Source: a bacterium (lineage in GTDB: Bacteria; Zhuqueibacterota; Zhuqueibacteria; Oceanimicrobiales; Oceanimicrobiaceae). Taken from it: 64,000 nucleotides of DNA. The position numbers and the translations under genes were made by a program. This document shows, piece after piece, positions 9,366-18,094 of the stretch (its first letter is position 1; every line of letters begins with the position of its first letter). The notes under the pieces are model-generated. The model made no database searches. It saw only the letters and a program-made list of their open reading frames with translations, and was not told the DNA's origin. The DNA lies in contig JBBIIG010000006.1 in the NCBI GenBank assembly GCA_037446635.1, positions 1 to 64,000 on the forward strand, written 5' to 3'.

Positions 9366-10610
9366 ATGGACAGGCATCATGTAAACCGGTATGGGGTGGA
9401 GCCTTTTCCGCGAGGCGGATTGGTTTCCAATAAAAAAATTCGAACCTGTTTTTCATTCACACCCAACCTCGACGAATTCACCCAGCAACTCAACGACATT
9501 TTTGAATCCGGACTGCTCTCCAACTTTGGCAAGTACAATCGCCTGCTGGAACAGCAACTGGCGGAGCTTTTGAAGGTCGAGTTTGTTTTCACCGTTCCCA
9601 ACGCTTCCACCGGACTGCAAATCCTCCTTTCCACGTTGCCCAAAGGCTCCGAAGTGATTGTCCCCAGTTTTACCTTTCCGGCCACGGTTCATGCCATCGT
9701 GCACGCCGGCCTGCAGCCGGTATTCGTGGATATCAACCCGGAAACTTTCACCATTAGTGTTCGCGGCGTCCTTAAAAAAATCACTCCCAAAACGTCCGCT
9801 ATTTTAGCGGTGCATATTTTTGGCAATCCCTGCGCGATCGATCTTTTAGAGTGGATTGCCGGCGAGCGCCGTCTCAAACTTTTTTTCGACGCCGCTTGCT
9901 CGCTGGGTTCAACATATCGCGGCCGGCGCATCGGCGGCTTTGGCGACGCCGAGGTTTTCAGTCTCAGCGGCCCTAAAATTATCACCGCCGGCGAAGGCGG
10001 CATCATCGCCACTAACGACAAGGAGCTCGCTGAAAAAATTCGCTGTTACAGAAATTACGGCTACTCTCCCGATAAAAGCGATTGCTGGTATATTGGCGTC
10101 AATGGCAAGTTGGATGAAATCAGCGCCTTGTTTGCTCTCTCCACCCTGAAAACTATTGACGAACAAATCGCTCAACGAAACGAACTTATGAAAATTTATC
10201 GCCGCGAGTTGGGAGCGATCCCCGGCCTGCAATTTCAACGCGCGCAAGAAGGGTGCGAGATCAACTACAGCTCGGTGGCGATAAAAATAGACTCGCAAAA
10301 ATTTGGCGTCACCGCTTCGGCGCTGAAAGATCGTTTAAAAACTGAAGGCATTGAAACCCTCCGCTATTTCACCCCGCCAGTTCATAAAACCACCGCCTAC
10401 AAAGATTTCAACAATCTGAAACTCGAACATACCGAGAAGCTGTCTCAAAGCATTCTCTGTTTGCCGATGCACTCGAAGTTGGACGGCGAGCGGCTGCAGT
10501 ATGTTTGCGATGCGATTAAGAGAATTCACAAAACGGCTCATCCTAAAAGCCGCCGGCCAATGGAAAGAGTTAAATTACCCGCTGAAGCTTATACCCCTGC
10601 GGCGGCCTAA
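9366..10610 (+). CDS. DegT/DnrJ/EryC1/StrS family PLP-dependent aminotransferase
   Basis: VIVPSFTFPAT, VHIFGNP, FDAA.SLG, SGPKIITAGEGG (PLP lysine). Confidence 0.95.
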   Translation: MDRHHVNRYGVEPFPRGGLVSNKKIRTCFSFTPNLDEFTQQLNDIFESGLLSNFGKYNRLLEQQLAELLKVEFVFTVPNASTGLQILLSTLPKGSEVIVPSFTFPATVHAIVHAGLQPVFVDINPETFTISVRGVLKKITPKTSAILAVHIFGNPCAIDLLEWIAGERRLKLFFDAACSLGSTYRGRRIGGFGDAEVFSLSGPKIITAGEGGIIATNDKELAEKIRCYRNYGYSPDKSDCWYIGVNGKLDEISALFALSTLKTIDEQIAQRNELMKIYRRELGAIPGLQFQRAQEGCEINYSSVAIKIDSQKFGVTASALKDRLKTEGIETLRYFTPPVHKTTAYKDFNNLKLEHTEKLSQSILCLPMHSKLDGERLQYVCDAIKRIHKTAHPKSRRPMERVKLPAEAYTPAAA

Positions 10611-11155
10611 AATTCATACGATTTGCCGCCGTTCAGTTTGCTCCAATCCCGCAAAACCTCGCGCGCGTGATTGAAGGCAAATTTTTCCGGCAGCTTGTGC
10701 AAATCGAACCACCGCGCCTCGCGGATTTCCGATTTCGGGCGGGGCGCGCCGTTCACAATCCGGCAGGAGTAATAAATATTCAACGTCGATTCTTTGGATC
10801 CGCCCGCCTGCCGTTCGGCGGGCAGGCCATAAAAATCCATATAAAATCCAATCAATCCTGTCGCCTCGATTTTGACGTTTAATTCTTCAAATACTTCCCG
10901 CTTCAAGCCCTCCACTGGGTGTTCCCCGTAATTCAAAAATCCGCCGGGGAAATCCCAAAAATCTTTGAACGGCTCGTGGGCGCGGCGAATCAAAAGCAGG
11001 CGGGCGTTTTCCACCAGCACGGCGCCGGCGCACGGCCGCGGCGAGGGATAATAAACGAACCCGCAATCATGGCATACGATGGGCCCATGATTGCGATTTG
11101 ACGAAAACTGTGCTGTGAGAGAAGCCCCGCACCTCGGACAATATCGGAAAGTCAT
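10607..11155 (-). CDS. NUDIX hydrolase with N-terminal zinc ribbon
   Basis: CPRCG...CHDCG; Nudix box PGGFLNYGEHPVEGLKREVFEEL. Confidence 0.92.
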   Translation of the reverse strand: MTFRYCPRCGASLTAQFSSNRNHGPIVCHDCGFVYYPSPRPCAGAVLVENARLLLIRRAHEPFKDFWDFPGGFLNYGEHPVEGLKREVFEELNVKIEATGLIGFYMDFYGLPAERQAGGSKESTLNIYYSCRIVNGAPRPKSEIREARWFDLHKLPEKFAFNHAREVLRDWSKLNGGKSYEF

Positions 11156-11433
11156 TGGAAGCCCACGCCCTTTGTTGAATTATATCCCGTTTTTTTCAAA
11201 ATGTCAAGCTGATTGTTGGGAGGGCGCAAAAGCACCGCGCACTTAAAAGTGCGTGGCACTGGAAAGAGTCGCTGATGATTCGATTGGACTTCCGATAAAA
11301 TGCTTCGCGAGTGACAGGGCAGAGCCCATTCTGTGCGACAAATCCACCGGGGCTTTTGTGCTTGCAATAATAGGCTAAATGGTTTATATTGCTTTCAATT
11401 TTTTGCGGGCTGCTCACAACCACGAGGGAGGAA

Positions 11434-12900
11434 ATGAGTCAAAAAGAGGTCTTTTCGTCGCGGTGGGCCCTGCTGCTGGCGGCGTTGGGAATGGCCATTG
11501 GCACCGGCAACATTTGGCGATTTCCCCGTATTGCCGCGCAAAACGGCGGCGGCGCGTTCATCGTTGCCTGGATTGTTTTTTTATTCTTGTGGTCCCTGCC
11601 GTTGTTGATTTCCGAATTTGCAATTGGCAAGAAAACCCGCCGCGGGCCAGTGGGCGCGTTTGGCAAATTGTTGGGTGAAAAATTCACCTGGATGGGGTGC
11701 TTCGTGGCGTTCTGCTCAACGGCGATCATGTTTTACTATTCCGTGGTCACCGGCTGGTGCTTTAAATATTTCGCTGCCGCGGTGAGCGGCGGCCTCGCCG
11801 GGGTTGAAACCATGGCTTACTGGACGCAATTCACAACCTCGGTTTACGAACCGATCCTGTTTCATCTGCTCGCAATGGGCGTCGGCGCGTTTGTGATTTA
11901 CCAGGGCGTGGTGCAGGGGATTGAACGCGCCAATAAAATTTTAATCCCGTCATTATTTGTGTTGCTGGTTCTCGCCGTTGTGCGAGCGCTGACGTTGCCG
12001 GGCGCGGCGAACGGACTGAATTTTTTGTTTCAACCCGACTGGGGGTCGTTGACGAATTATCGGGTCTGGCTGGAGGCGCTGTCGCAATCGGCGTGGTCCA
12101 CCGGCGCCGGCTGGGGGTTGATTCTCACCTACGCGGTTTATTTGAAAGAGAAGGAAGACATCGTTGTCAACTCGTTCGTCACCGTGTTTGGCGATTACTC
12201 GGCCTCGCTGTTGGCCGGCCTGGCGATTTTTCCTGCGGTGTTTGCGCTGGCGCCGGCGCTGGGGCTCGTGCCGGAGGAAGTGATGACCTACACCGGACCC
12301 GCCAGCACCGGGCTCACCTTCATTTGGATTCCACAACTGTTCAAAGGCATGGCTTTCGGCTCGGCTTTTACGGCGATTTTCTTTTTGGCGCTGAGCTTTG
12401 CCGCGCTGTCTTCGCTAATCGCGATGATTGAGTTGGCCACCCGCATTTTTATGGATGCCGGATTGACCAGAAAACGCGCGCTGCTGATTGTAGCCGCCGG
12501 CGGATTTTTGCTCGGAGTTCCTTCCGCGGTTCACGTCACTTTTTTTGAAAACCAGGACTGGACCTGGGGCGTCGGCTTGATGGTCAGCGGATTTTTTGTG
12601 GCGTTTGCGGCCATGAAATTCGGCCCGGCCAAATTTCGCAGCGAGCTGGTGAACACCGAGGGCAACGATCTCAATGTTGGCCGCTGGTTTGATTTTTTGA
12701 TCAAATATGTAATCCCGCTGGAGTTTCTGGTTTTGATAGGCTGGTGGTTCTATCAATCCGTCACCCGCTTCGATGTCGAGGGCTGGTGGAATCCGTTTCA
12801 TACCTATAGTCTGGGGACGTGCGTGTTTCAATGGGGTTTAGCGATTGGTGTGTTCCTCATTTTTAACCAATGGATTTATAAAAAGACAGTTGCGAAGTAA
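11434..12900 (+). CDS. Sodium-dependent transporter, NSS/SNF family
   Basis: AIGTGNIWRFP..AAQNGGGAF signature, many TM helices; ATG at 11434 after GGAGG SD. Confidence 0.96.
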   Translation: MSQKEVFSSRWALLLAALGMAIGTGNIWRFPRIAAQNGGGAFIVAWIVFLFLWSLPLLISEFAIGKKTRRGPVGAFGKLLGEKFTWMGCFVAFCSTAIMFYYSVVTGWCFKYFAAAVSGGLAGVETMAYWTQFTTSVYEPILFHLLAMGVGAFVIYQGVVQGIERANKILIPSLFVLLVLAVVRALTLPGAANGLNFLFQPDWGSLTNYRVWLEALSQSAWSTGAGWGLILTYAVYLKEKEDIVVNSFVTVFGDYSASLLAGLAIFPAVFALAPALGLVPEEVMTYTGPASTGLTFIWIPQLFKGMAFGSAFTAIFFLALSFAALSSLIAMIELATRIFMDAGLTRKRALLIVAAGGFLLGVPSAVHVTFFENQDWTWGVGLMVSGFFVAFAAMKFGPAKFRSELVNTEGNDLNVGRWFDFLIKYVIPLEFLVLIGWWFYQSVTRFDVEGWWNPFHTYSLGTCVFQWGLAIGVFLIFNQWIYKKTVAK

Positions 12901-12915
12901 GTTGGAGATCATTCC

Positions 12916-13029
12916 ATGTCGCTCACTTCTATTATAATGATGATTATTGTGCTCTCAGTGATCTGGGGCGGATTTATATTTATGCTGCGGGTTGCCCTGC
13001 GCAACGAATCCAAAAAGACGGCAAAATGA
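12916..13029 (+). CDS. MetS-like NSS transporter small subunit (37 aa, not in ORF track)
   Basis: Hand translation MSLTSIIMMIIVLSVIWGGFIFMLRVALRNESKKTAK; GGAG SD; directly after the NSS gene; stop overlaps the holA start (ATGA). Confidence 0.8.
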   Translation: MSLTSIIMMIIVLSVIWGGFIFMLRVALRNESKKTAK

Positions 13030-14018
13030 CGCACCAGGAATTTGTTAAGCATCTCAATAAAAAAGATTTGTACCCGGCCTATTTTTTGTGCGGAGCGGAG
13101 GACTTTTTAATTGAAGACGCCCTTAACCGGCTGTACAAAAAAATCGTCGATCCCGCGACCCGCGATTTCAATTTCGATCAATTTTGGGGCGGCGAAAGCG
13201 ATGGCGGGAAGATCGTGGACATCGCATGCGCCTACCCAATGATGAGCCCCTACCGGATGGTCGTCGTCAAAGACGCCCTCAAGCTGGCGCCCGCCGGGCT
13301 GGAGGCGCTCGTGCGCTATTTGGAAAAACCTTCGGCCACCACCAAATTGGTGCTCACCAGCCCCAAGGCCGATGGCCGCAACAAGCTGGTGGAAAAAATC
13401 AAAACCCACACCTGTTTTGTAGAATTCAAGCCGCTGTACGATCGGCAGGTGCCGCAATGGATTCGCGAGTACGTGCAGGAAAAGAATTGTTCGATTGCGC
13501 CGGAGGCGGCGGCGTTGCTGGCGTCGTTGGTGGGGAACAATTTGCGGGCGATCGTCAACGAGCTGGAAAAAATTTTCATTAACCTCTCGGGCCGCAATAT
13601 TTCCGTGGAGGACGTGCGCGCCTACGCCAACTTCTCCAAAAATCTGAGCGTGTTCGATTTAACCGACGCCGTCGGCTACAAAGATTTGAGCCGGGCGCTG
13701 GCTATTTTAAATTTGATGATCCAAACCGGCGAATCGGCCACGGGAATTCTCGTCATGCTTACTCGCCATTTTGTAAATTTGCTCAAATTAAAAGGCGCAC
13801 ACGCGCAAAGGAAGTCTCAAAGCGAGATGGCGGCGCTCTCCGGCATCCCGCCCTTTTTCATTGAGAAATCGCTGGCAATGGCGGAGAAGTTTGCGCTCAC
13901 GGAATTTCCCCAGATTTTTGAACGGATGCTGGAAACGGATCTAGCGCTTAAAACCAGCCAGCAAACGCCTCAGGTGGCGCTGCAGACGCTCATCATCCGC
14001 ATCATCAAAAATGAGTAG
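13026..14018 (+). CDS. holA: DNA polymerase III subunit delta
   Basis: PAYFLCGAEDFLI, DFNFD, YPMMSPYRMVVVKD, NLRAIVNELEKI, SVFDLTDAV. Confidence 0.93.
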   Translation: MTHQEFVKHLNKKDLYPAYFLCGAEDFLIEDALNRLYKKIVDPATRDFNFDQFWGGESDGGKIVDIACAYPMMSPYRMVVVKDALKLAPAGLEALVRYLEKPSATTKLVLTSPKADGRNKLVEKIKTHTCFVEFKPLYDRQVPQWIREYVQEKNCSIAPEAAALLASLVGNNLRAIVNELEKIFINLSGRNISVEDVRAYANFSKNLSVFDLTDAVGYKDLSRALAILNLMIQTGESATGILVMLTRHFVNLLKLKGAHAQRKSQSEMAALSGIPPFFIEKSLAMAEKFALTEFPQIFERMLETDLALKTSQQTPQVALQTLIIRIIKNE

Positions 14019-14078
14019 CCGGGCAAAGCGCCAATTGAGGAACCGAATTTATAATAACAAAGTTGAAAAGGGCGGTAG

Positions 14079-14681
14079 TTGCAATACATGTCAACTCGCA
14101 AGAGCGGTGAATACCAGCCTTCGGACGAAGACCTAATCGAGCGGTTTCAACGAGGCGATCTTTATGCGTTCGATTTGATCGTCAAGCGCTATAAAGATCA
14201 ATTATTGAATTTCATTTATCGGTTCGTTGGCAGCCAAGAGGAAGCGGAAGATATCGTGCAGGAGACCTTCCTGCGCGTTTACCGCAAACGCAAAGCCTAT
14301 AAACGCATCGCGAAATTTTCTACGTGGATTTACACCATTGCGGGTAATTTAGCCCGTACCGAGCTGCGGCGCCGCAAGCGGCGCAAGCTGTTTTCGGTTA
14401 CCGACATGGGTTTCGAAGATCGCGATTACGAGATCACCGATGACGCCTTGAGTCCGGAGCGGGAAGTTCACGGCGTGATGCAGGAAGAAATCATTCAAAA
14501 GGAGATTGAAAAGCTGTCGCCCAAATTTCGCGAGGTGATCATCCTGCGGGACATACAGGAACTTTCGTACGAGGAGATCAGTAAGATTATCAAAGTTCCA
14601 ATCGGCACCGTGAAATCAAGAGTTAACCGCGCTCGACTTCGACTTCAAGGCAGATTAAAGGATCTCAAGGCAAGAAAATAG
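14079..14681 (+). CDS. ECF (sigma-70 family) RNA polymerase sigma factor
   Basis: AEDIVQETFLR, FSTWIYTIAGN, LSYEEIS...IGTVKSRVNRAR; start could be ATG 14088. Confidence 0.96.
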   Translation: MQYMSTRKSGEYQPSDEDLIERFQRGDLYAFDLIVKRYKDQLLNFIYRFVGSQEEAEDIVQETFLRVYRKRKAYKRIAKFSTWIYTIAGNLARTELRRRKRRKLFSVTDMGFEDRDYEITDDALSPEREVHGVMQEEIIQKEIEKLSPKFREVIILRDIQELSYEEISKIIKVPIGTVKSRVNRARLRLQGRLKDLKARK

Positions 14682-14747
14682 TTTTGCTTGCGATAGATGA
14701 TGGTGAAAAGTTATAACCTCTGCTTAACCTGATCCACGGAGTAGCCT

Positions 14748-15338
14748 ATGGTCCACTGCGAAAAATTTTTGGTGAAGATTTTTGACTACGTTGACAATCT
14801 CATCCCCTCCGACAAAAAAAGAGAAGTCGAAAGCCATGTGAAGGAGTGTTTGAGTTGCCGCGGCATCTTCGACGACGCCAAAGCCCTACGCCAGCAACTG
14901 CGCGGGCTGCGGGCGCTCAAAACCTCCCCCGATTTCGAGACGGTGCTGCGGGCGCGCATTCGCATGGAGAAGAGTCTCAGCCGCCGCGGCGTTTTTAACT
15001 GGCCGTTCCGTTTGCCGGTTTATGCGGTCGCCGGCTCATTAGCCGTGATCACCGCATTTTTTATTTTTACCAACTCTCAAACCATTTTCCGCAGCAACTC
15101 AAATCGATCGCCATTCATTTCACAGACCATCAATGAAAACCCCGCCGCCGGCAACGGCGCCAACCTCGGCTCAACAGTTCGCGAGCGGGTTCGCTATCCC
15201 ATGGATAAAGTTCCCCTGACGATAGGCAGAGGCACCCGGCTGGATTCCGACGAGCTGCGGCGCAGCGCGGCTCTCCGACCGGATTCAGCGCGCGCCAACC
15301 AGCCGCTTCCTGTTCAAGTCGTCGAGTTTGAATTCTAA
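14748..15338 (+). CDS. Zinc-finger (zf-HC2) membrane anti-sigma factor
   Basis: HC...HVKECLSC motif, one TM helix, directly downstream of the ECF sigma. Confidence 0.88.
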   Translation: MVHCEKFLVKIFDYVDNLIPSDKKREVESHVKECLSCRGIFDDAKALRQQLRGLRALKTSPDFETVLRARIRMEKSLSRRGVFNWPFRLPVYAVAGSLAVITAFFIFTNSQTIFRSNSNRSPFISQTINENPAAGNGANLGSTVRERVRYPMDKVPLTIGRGTRLDSDELRRSAALRPDSARANQPLPVQVVEFEF

Positions 15339-15351
15339 TATCTAAAGAATC

Positions 15352-16536
15352 GTGAGTTGTTTTTTAAAACACATTTTTTTGCAAGCCGCCATTACGTTCA
15401 TTACGGCGAGCGCGGCTTTTTCGGGGGAGACGCTCAGCAGTTTTCAAAAGGAAATCAACCAGTTGGTGGATTCCTGCAAGGTCTCCGTGGTAACGGTTTC
15501 GGCGCGCTTCTCCCGAGAGACCCCCGTCGAAAAGGAAACCGGGCTGTTTTCCTTTTTTAAATCCGGCGACGCCAAAACGTCGATAACCAACGTGAATGTT
15601 GGCACCGGCATCATCTTCGATAAGCAGGGGCATATTTTGACGCGCAGCAGCATCGTGCTCGGCGCCGAGTCCACCACCGTCACTTTTATTGATGGCAAAG
15701 AAAGCCCAGCGCAGTTCATTGGCAGCGATCCCGAAAGCGGCTTCGCGGTGTTGAAAGTGGCGGACGCCCCTTTGCCGCTGGCGAGGTTGGGAGATTCCGA
15801 TGGGGTGGCGGCCGGCGCCTGGATTTTAGCGATCGGCAATTCTCTCGGCGCATTTCCTTCGGTAACCATGGGCGCGCTCAACGGCATCCGCAGCGACGGT
15901 CTGCTTCAAATTACCGCCAATCTCAATCTTGGCAACAACGGCAGCCCGATCTTCAATTTGAGCGGCGAAGTCGTAGGGCTGGTTGCGGGCCGGCTCACCC
16001 CGCCCTATCTCATGCCCGACATGCTGATTGGCGAAGTTCACTACGAGCTGTTTGTGGCCTATCCCATCAATTGGATTAAAAAAGTAGCCAACGATATCAT
16101 CGAGTTCAAGCAGGTGCGCCGCGGCTGGATTGGCGCGTTTGGCAGTTATGGCAGCAACGGCCTGAAAATCAGCCGCATCAAAGAAAAAAGCCCCGCGCAG
16201 CAATCCGGTCTTTTAGAAGGCGATATCATCGTGAAGTTTTCGGACAAACCCATCAGCAGCGTTTCGCAATTAGCGCGCTTGGTGGAATATACCGCGCCGG
16301 GACAAAGGGTGCCTTTAGAATATATTCGAGCTGGGCAGCGGCGAACAGTAGAAATCGAAATTGGCGAAAAAGTGAGCCACAAATCTCCCGCCCCAACGGA
16401 AGGCGCCGAGACCATGACGTATTTTGATTGGCCCAACAGCTACGAAGCGATGGAACGAAATCAAGCCCTCGAGCTGCGCATCGAGCAATTGGAAAAAGAG
16501 ATCGAAAAATTGAAAAAACAGCTCGAGTCCAAATAA
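15352..16536 (+). CDS. HtrA/DegP-like trypsin-fold plus PDZ protein, apparently catalytically inactive
   Basis: GTGIIFD..GHILT, AVLKV, LGDSD, AIGNSLG, NLSGEVVGL, PDZ (SPAQQSGLLEGDIIV); triad positions read S/G/N; C-terminal coiled coil. Confidence 0.88.
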   Translation: MSCFLKHIFLQAAITFITASAAFSGETLSSFQKEINQLVDSCKVSVVTVSARFSRETPVEKETGLFSFFKSGDAKTSITNVNVGTGIIFDKQGHILTRSSIVLGAESTTVTFIDGKESPAQFIGSDPESGFAVLKVADAPLPLARLGDSDGVAAGAWILAIGNSLGAFPSVTMGALNGIRSDGLLQITANLNLGNNGSPIFNLSGEVVGLVAGRLTPPYLMPDMLIGEVHYELFVAYPINWIKKVANDIIEFKQVRRGWIGAFGSYGSNGLKISRIKEKSPAQQSGLLEGDIIVKFSDKPISSVSQLARLVEYTAPGQRVPLEYIRAGQRRTVEIEIGEKVSHKSPAPTEGAETMTYFDWPNSYEAMERNQALELRIEQLEKEIEKLKKQLESK

Positions 16537-16566
16537 CCTCTCTTTAACAATTCATGAATCCGCCTG

Positions 16567-16590
16567 AACCACCCTGAGAGGTGGTTTTTT
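16567..16590 (+). terminator. Rho-independent terminator of the ECF operon
   Basis: AACCACC-ctgaga-GGTGGTT followed by a T run. Confidence 0.7.
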
Positions 16591-16591
16591 A

Positions 16592-16619
16592 TTGACAATT
16601 TTTATTTATTTTCTAAATT
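16592..16619 (+). promoter_or_regulatory. Sigma70-type promoter for the 66-aa protein/eutN/eutN/rdgB unit
   Basis: TTGACA-N16-TAAATT about 30 nt before the ATG. Confidence 0.6.
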
Positions 16620-16650
16620 AGGGCGTGCAATTTTAGAATGAGGAGCGAGC

Positions 16651-16851
16651 ATGGCAAAAGATAGAAGTTTTGCGGCCAAGGTTGCTAAGGCCGCCGGTGG
16701 GAAATCCGGCAATCACTGCCCGCAATGCGGCGAAGTTTTTAGCACGGTGCAACTGGTGGTTTCGGAAAAATCGGAAGTCTCGAAGTCGTGGAAGTTTAAC
16801 GACCGCTTTGTGCGGGTGTGCAAGTGCAACGAAGCCGAAGTTTACGGTTGA
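16651..16851 (+). CDS. Small Cys-rich protein with a Lys-rich N-terminus (CPQC...CKC), DUF4295/bL38-like
   Basis: 66 aa; GAGGAG SD; MAKDRSFAAKV start; VVSEKSEVSKSWKF hairpin segment. Confidence 0.8.
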   Translation: MAKDRSFAAKVAKAAGGKSGNHCPQCGEVFSTVQLVVSEKSEVSKSWKFNDRFVRVCKCNEAEVYG

Positions 16852-16870
16852 TGAGATCGGAGACGGGAAT

Positions 16871-17146
16871 TTGATCCTCGCGAAAGTCGTCGGCACCGTC
16901 TGGGCCACCCGCAAAGATGAAAAGTTGGTGGGGATGAAACTGCAGATCGTCAAGCCGGTCGATCTGAATTATAAATTGAAAGATGGTTTTTTGGTGGCCG
17001 TCGATGCCGTGGGCGCGGGCGTGGGAGAAATCGTGATTGTGGTTCAGGGCAGCTCGGCGCGGCAAACTTTACTCACTGAAAACAAAGCCGTCGATGCGAC
17101 GATCATGGCCATCGTTGACAAATTAGACGTGGAGCCGGAAGCGTGA
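16871..17146 (+). CDS. EutN/CcmL family microcompartment pentamer (BMC-P)
   Basis: LAKVVGTVWATRKDEKL, VAVDAVGAGVGE, GSSAR, VDATIMAIVD; TTG start at 16871 after GGAGA. Confidence 0.93.
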   Translation: MILAKVVGTVWATRKDEKLVGMKLQIVKPVDLNYKLKDGFLVAVDAVGAGVGEIVIVVQGSSARQTLLTENKAVDATIMAIVDKLDVEPEA

Positions 17147-17424
17147 ATTTAGCAAAAGTCATTGGCACGGTTTGGGCCACCCGCAAAGATGAAAACATGC
17201 AAGGCGCGAAGATGCAGATCATCCAGCCGTTGGATCATCATCAAAAAAATGTTGGAGCGCCGCTGGTGGCGGTGGATACGATCGGCGCCGGGCCGGGCGA
17301 AGTAGTTTATTATATCACCGCCCGCGAAGCCACGATTCCGTACCCCACGAGAATTGCGCCCATTGATGCGGCGATCGTCGGCATCGTCGATTATATTGAA
17401 GTGTACGATAAAAACGTTCATTGA
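17143..17424 (+). CDS. Second, divergent EutN/CcmL pentamer
   Basis: LAKVIGTVWATRKDE, VAVDTIGAGPGE, IDAAIVGIVD; GTGA overlap with the previous gene. Confidence 0.93.
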   Translation: MNLAKVIGTVWATRKDENMQGAKMQIIQPLDHHQKNVGAPLVAVDTIGAGPGEVVYYITAREATIPYPTRIAPIDAAIVGIVDYIEVYDKNVH

Positions 17425-17438
17425 AAGTTTGAGTATTT

Positions 17439-18029
17439 GTGCAGAAGTTGGTACTCGCCACCCGCAACCGGGATAAAGTTAGAGAGATTCGCGAGCTTTT
17501 GAGTCTTATCAACATTGAAATTTTGACGCTCGATGAATTTCCCGATGCGCCCGACGTAGTCGAAGATGGCGCGACTCTCGAAGAAAACGCCATTAAAAAG
17601 GCGCGCGCGATTGCCGACTTCACTGGCCTGCCAGCAGTGGCAGACGACACCGGCCTCGAAGTCGATTATTTGAACGGCAAGCCGGGCGTCCATTCGAGCC
17701 GCTACGCAGGAGCGGGCGCCAGTTACGCGGACAATGTGCAAAAACTGTTGCGAGAGCTGGCCGGGGTTCCGTGGCAAAAACGCCGAGCGAAGTTTCGCTG
17801 TGTGGCGGCGCTGTGTACGAAAGCCGAAACCAGAACAGTGGAAGGCATGTGCGACGGATTGATTACGGAGGCGCCGCGCGGTGAAAGAGGATTTGGTTAC
17901 GATCCGGTCTTCTACGTTCCCGAATTGCATCATACCTTCGCAGAGATGGAGTTAGAGGTTAAAAACAGAATCAGCCACCGCGCACTGGCGTTTAGGAAAT
18001 TGAAAGAACTAATTGGAAAAGGTGATTAA
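17439..18029 (+). CDS. rdgB: RdgB/HAM1 non-canonical purine NTP pyrophosphatase
   Basis: LATRNRDKVRE, ENAIKKA, ADDTGLEV..LNGKPGVHSSRYAG, GFGYDPVF, KNRISHR. Confidence 0.96.
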   Translation: MQKLVLATRNRDKVREIRELLSLINIEILTLDEFPDAPDVVEDGATLEENAIKKARAIADFTGLPAVADDTGLEVDYLNGKPGVHSSRYAGAGASYADNVQKLLRELAGVPWQKRRAKFRCVAALCTKAETRTVEGMCDGLITEAPRGERGFGYDPVFYVPELHHTFAEMELEVKNRISHRALAFRKLKELIGKGD

Positions 18030-18094
18030 TCAAATAGACAATAATCAATTGTCAATTTTGCCCACTGCAAACTGCTAACTGCCTACTAACAACC

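Noticed and set aside
11156..11433. Short ORFs or a riboswitch upstream of the NSS transporter
   Set aside because: Only a small CGCACT-TAAA-AGTGCG palindrome (11238-11253) is evident; I could not recognise SAM, lysine, glycine or T-box consensus elements
16670..16870. N-terminal extension making EutN 158 aa
   Set aside because: It overlaps the SD-led 66-aa gene; EutN similarity begins at the TTG at 16871
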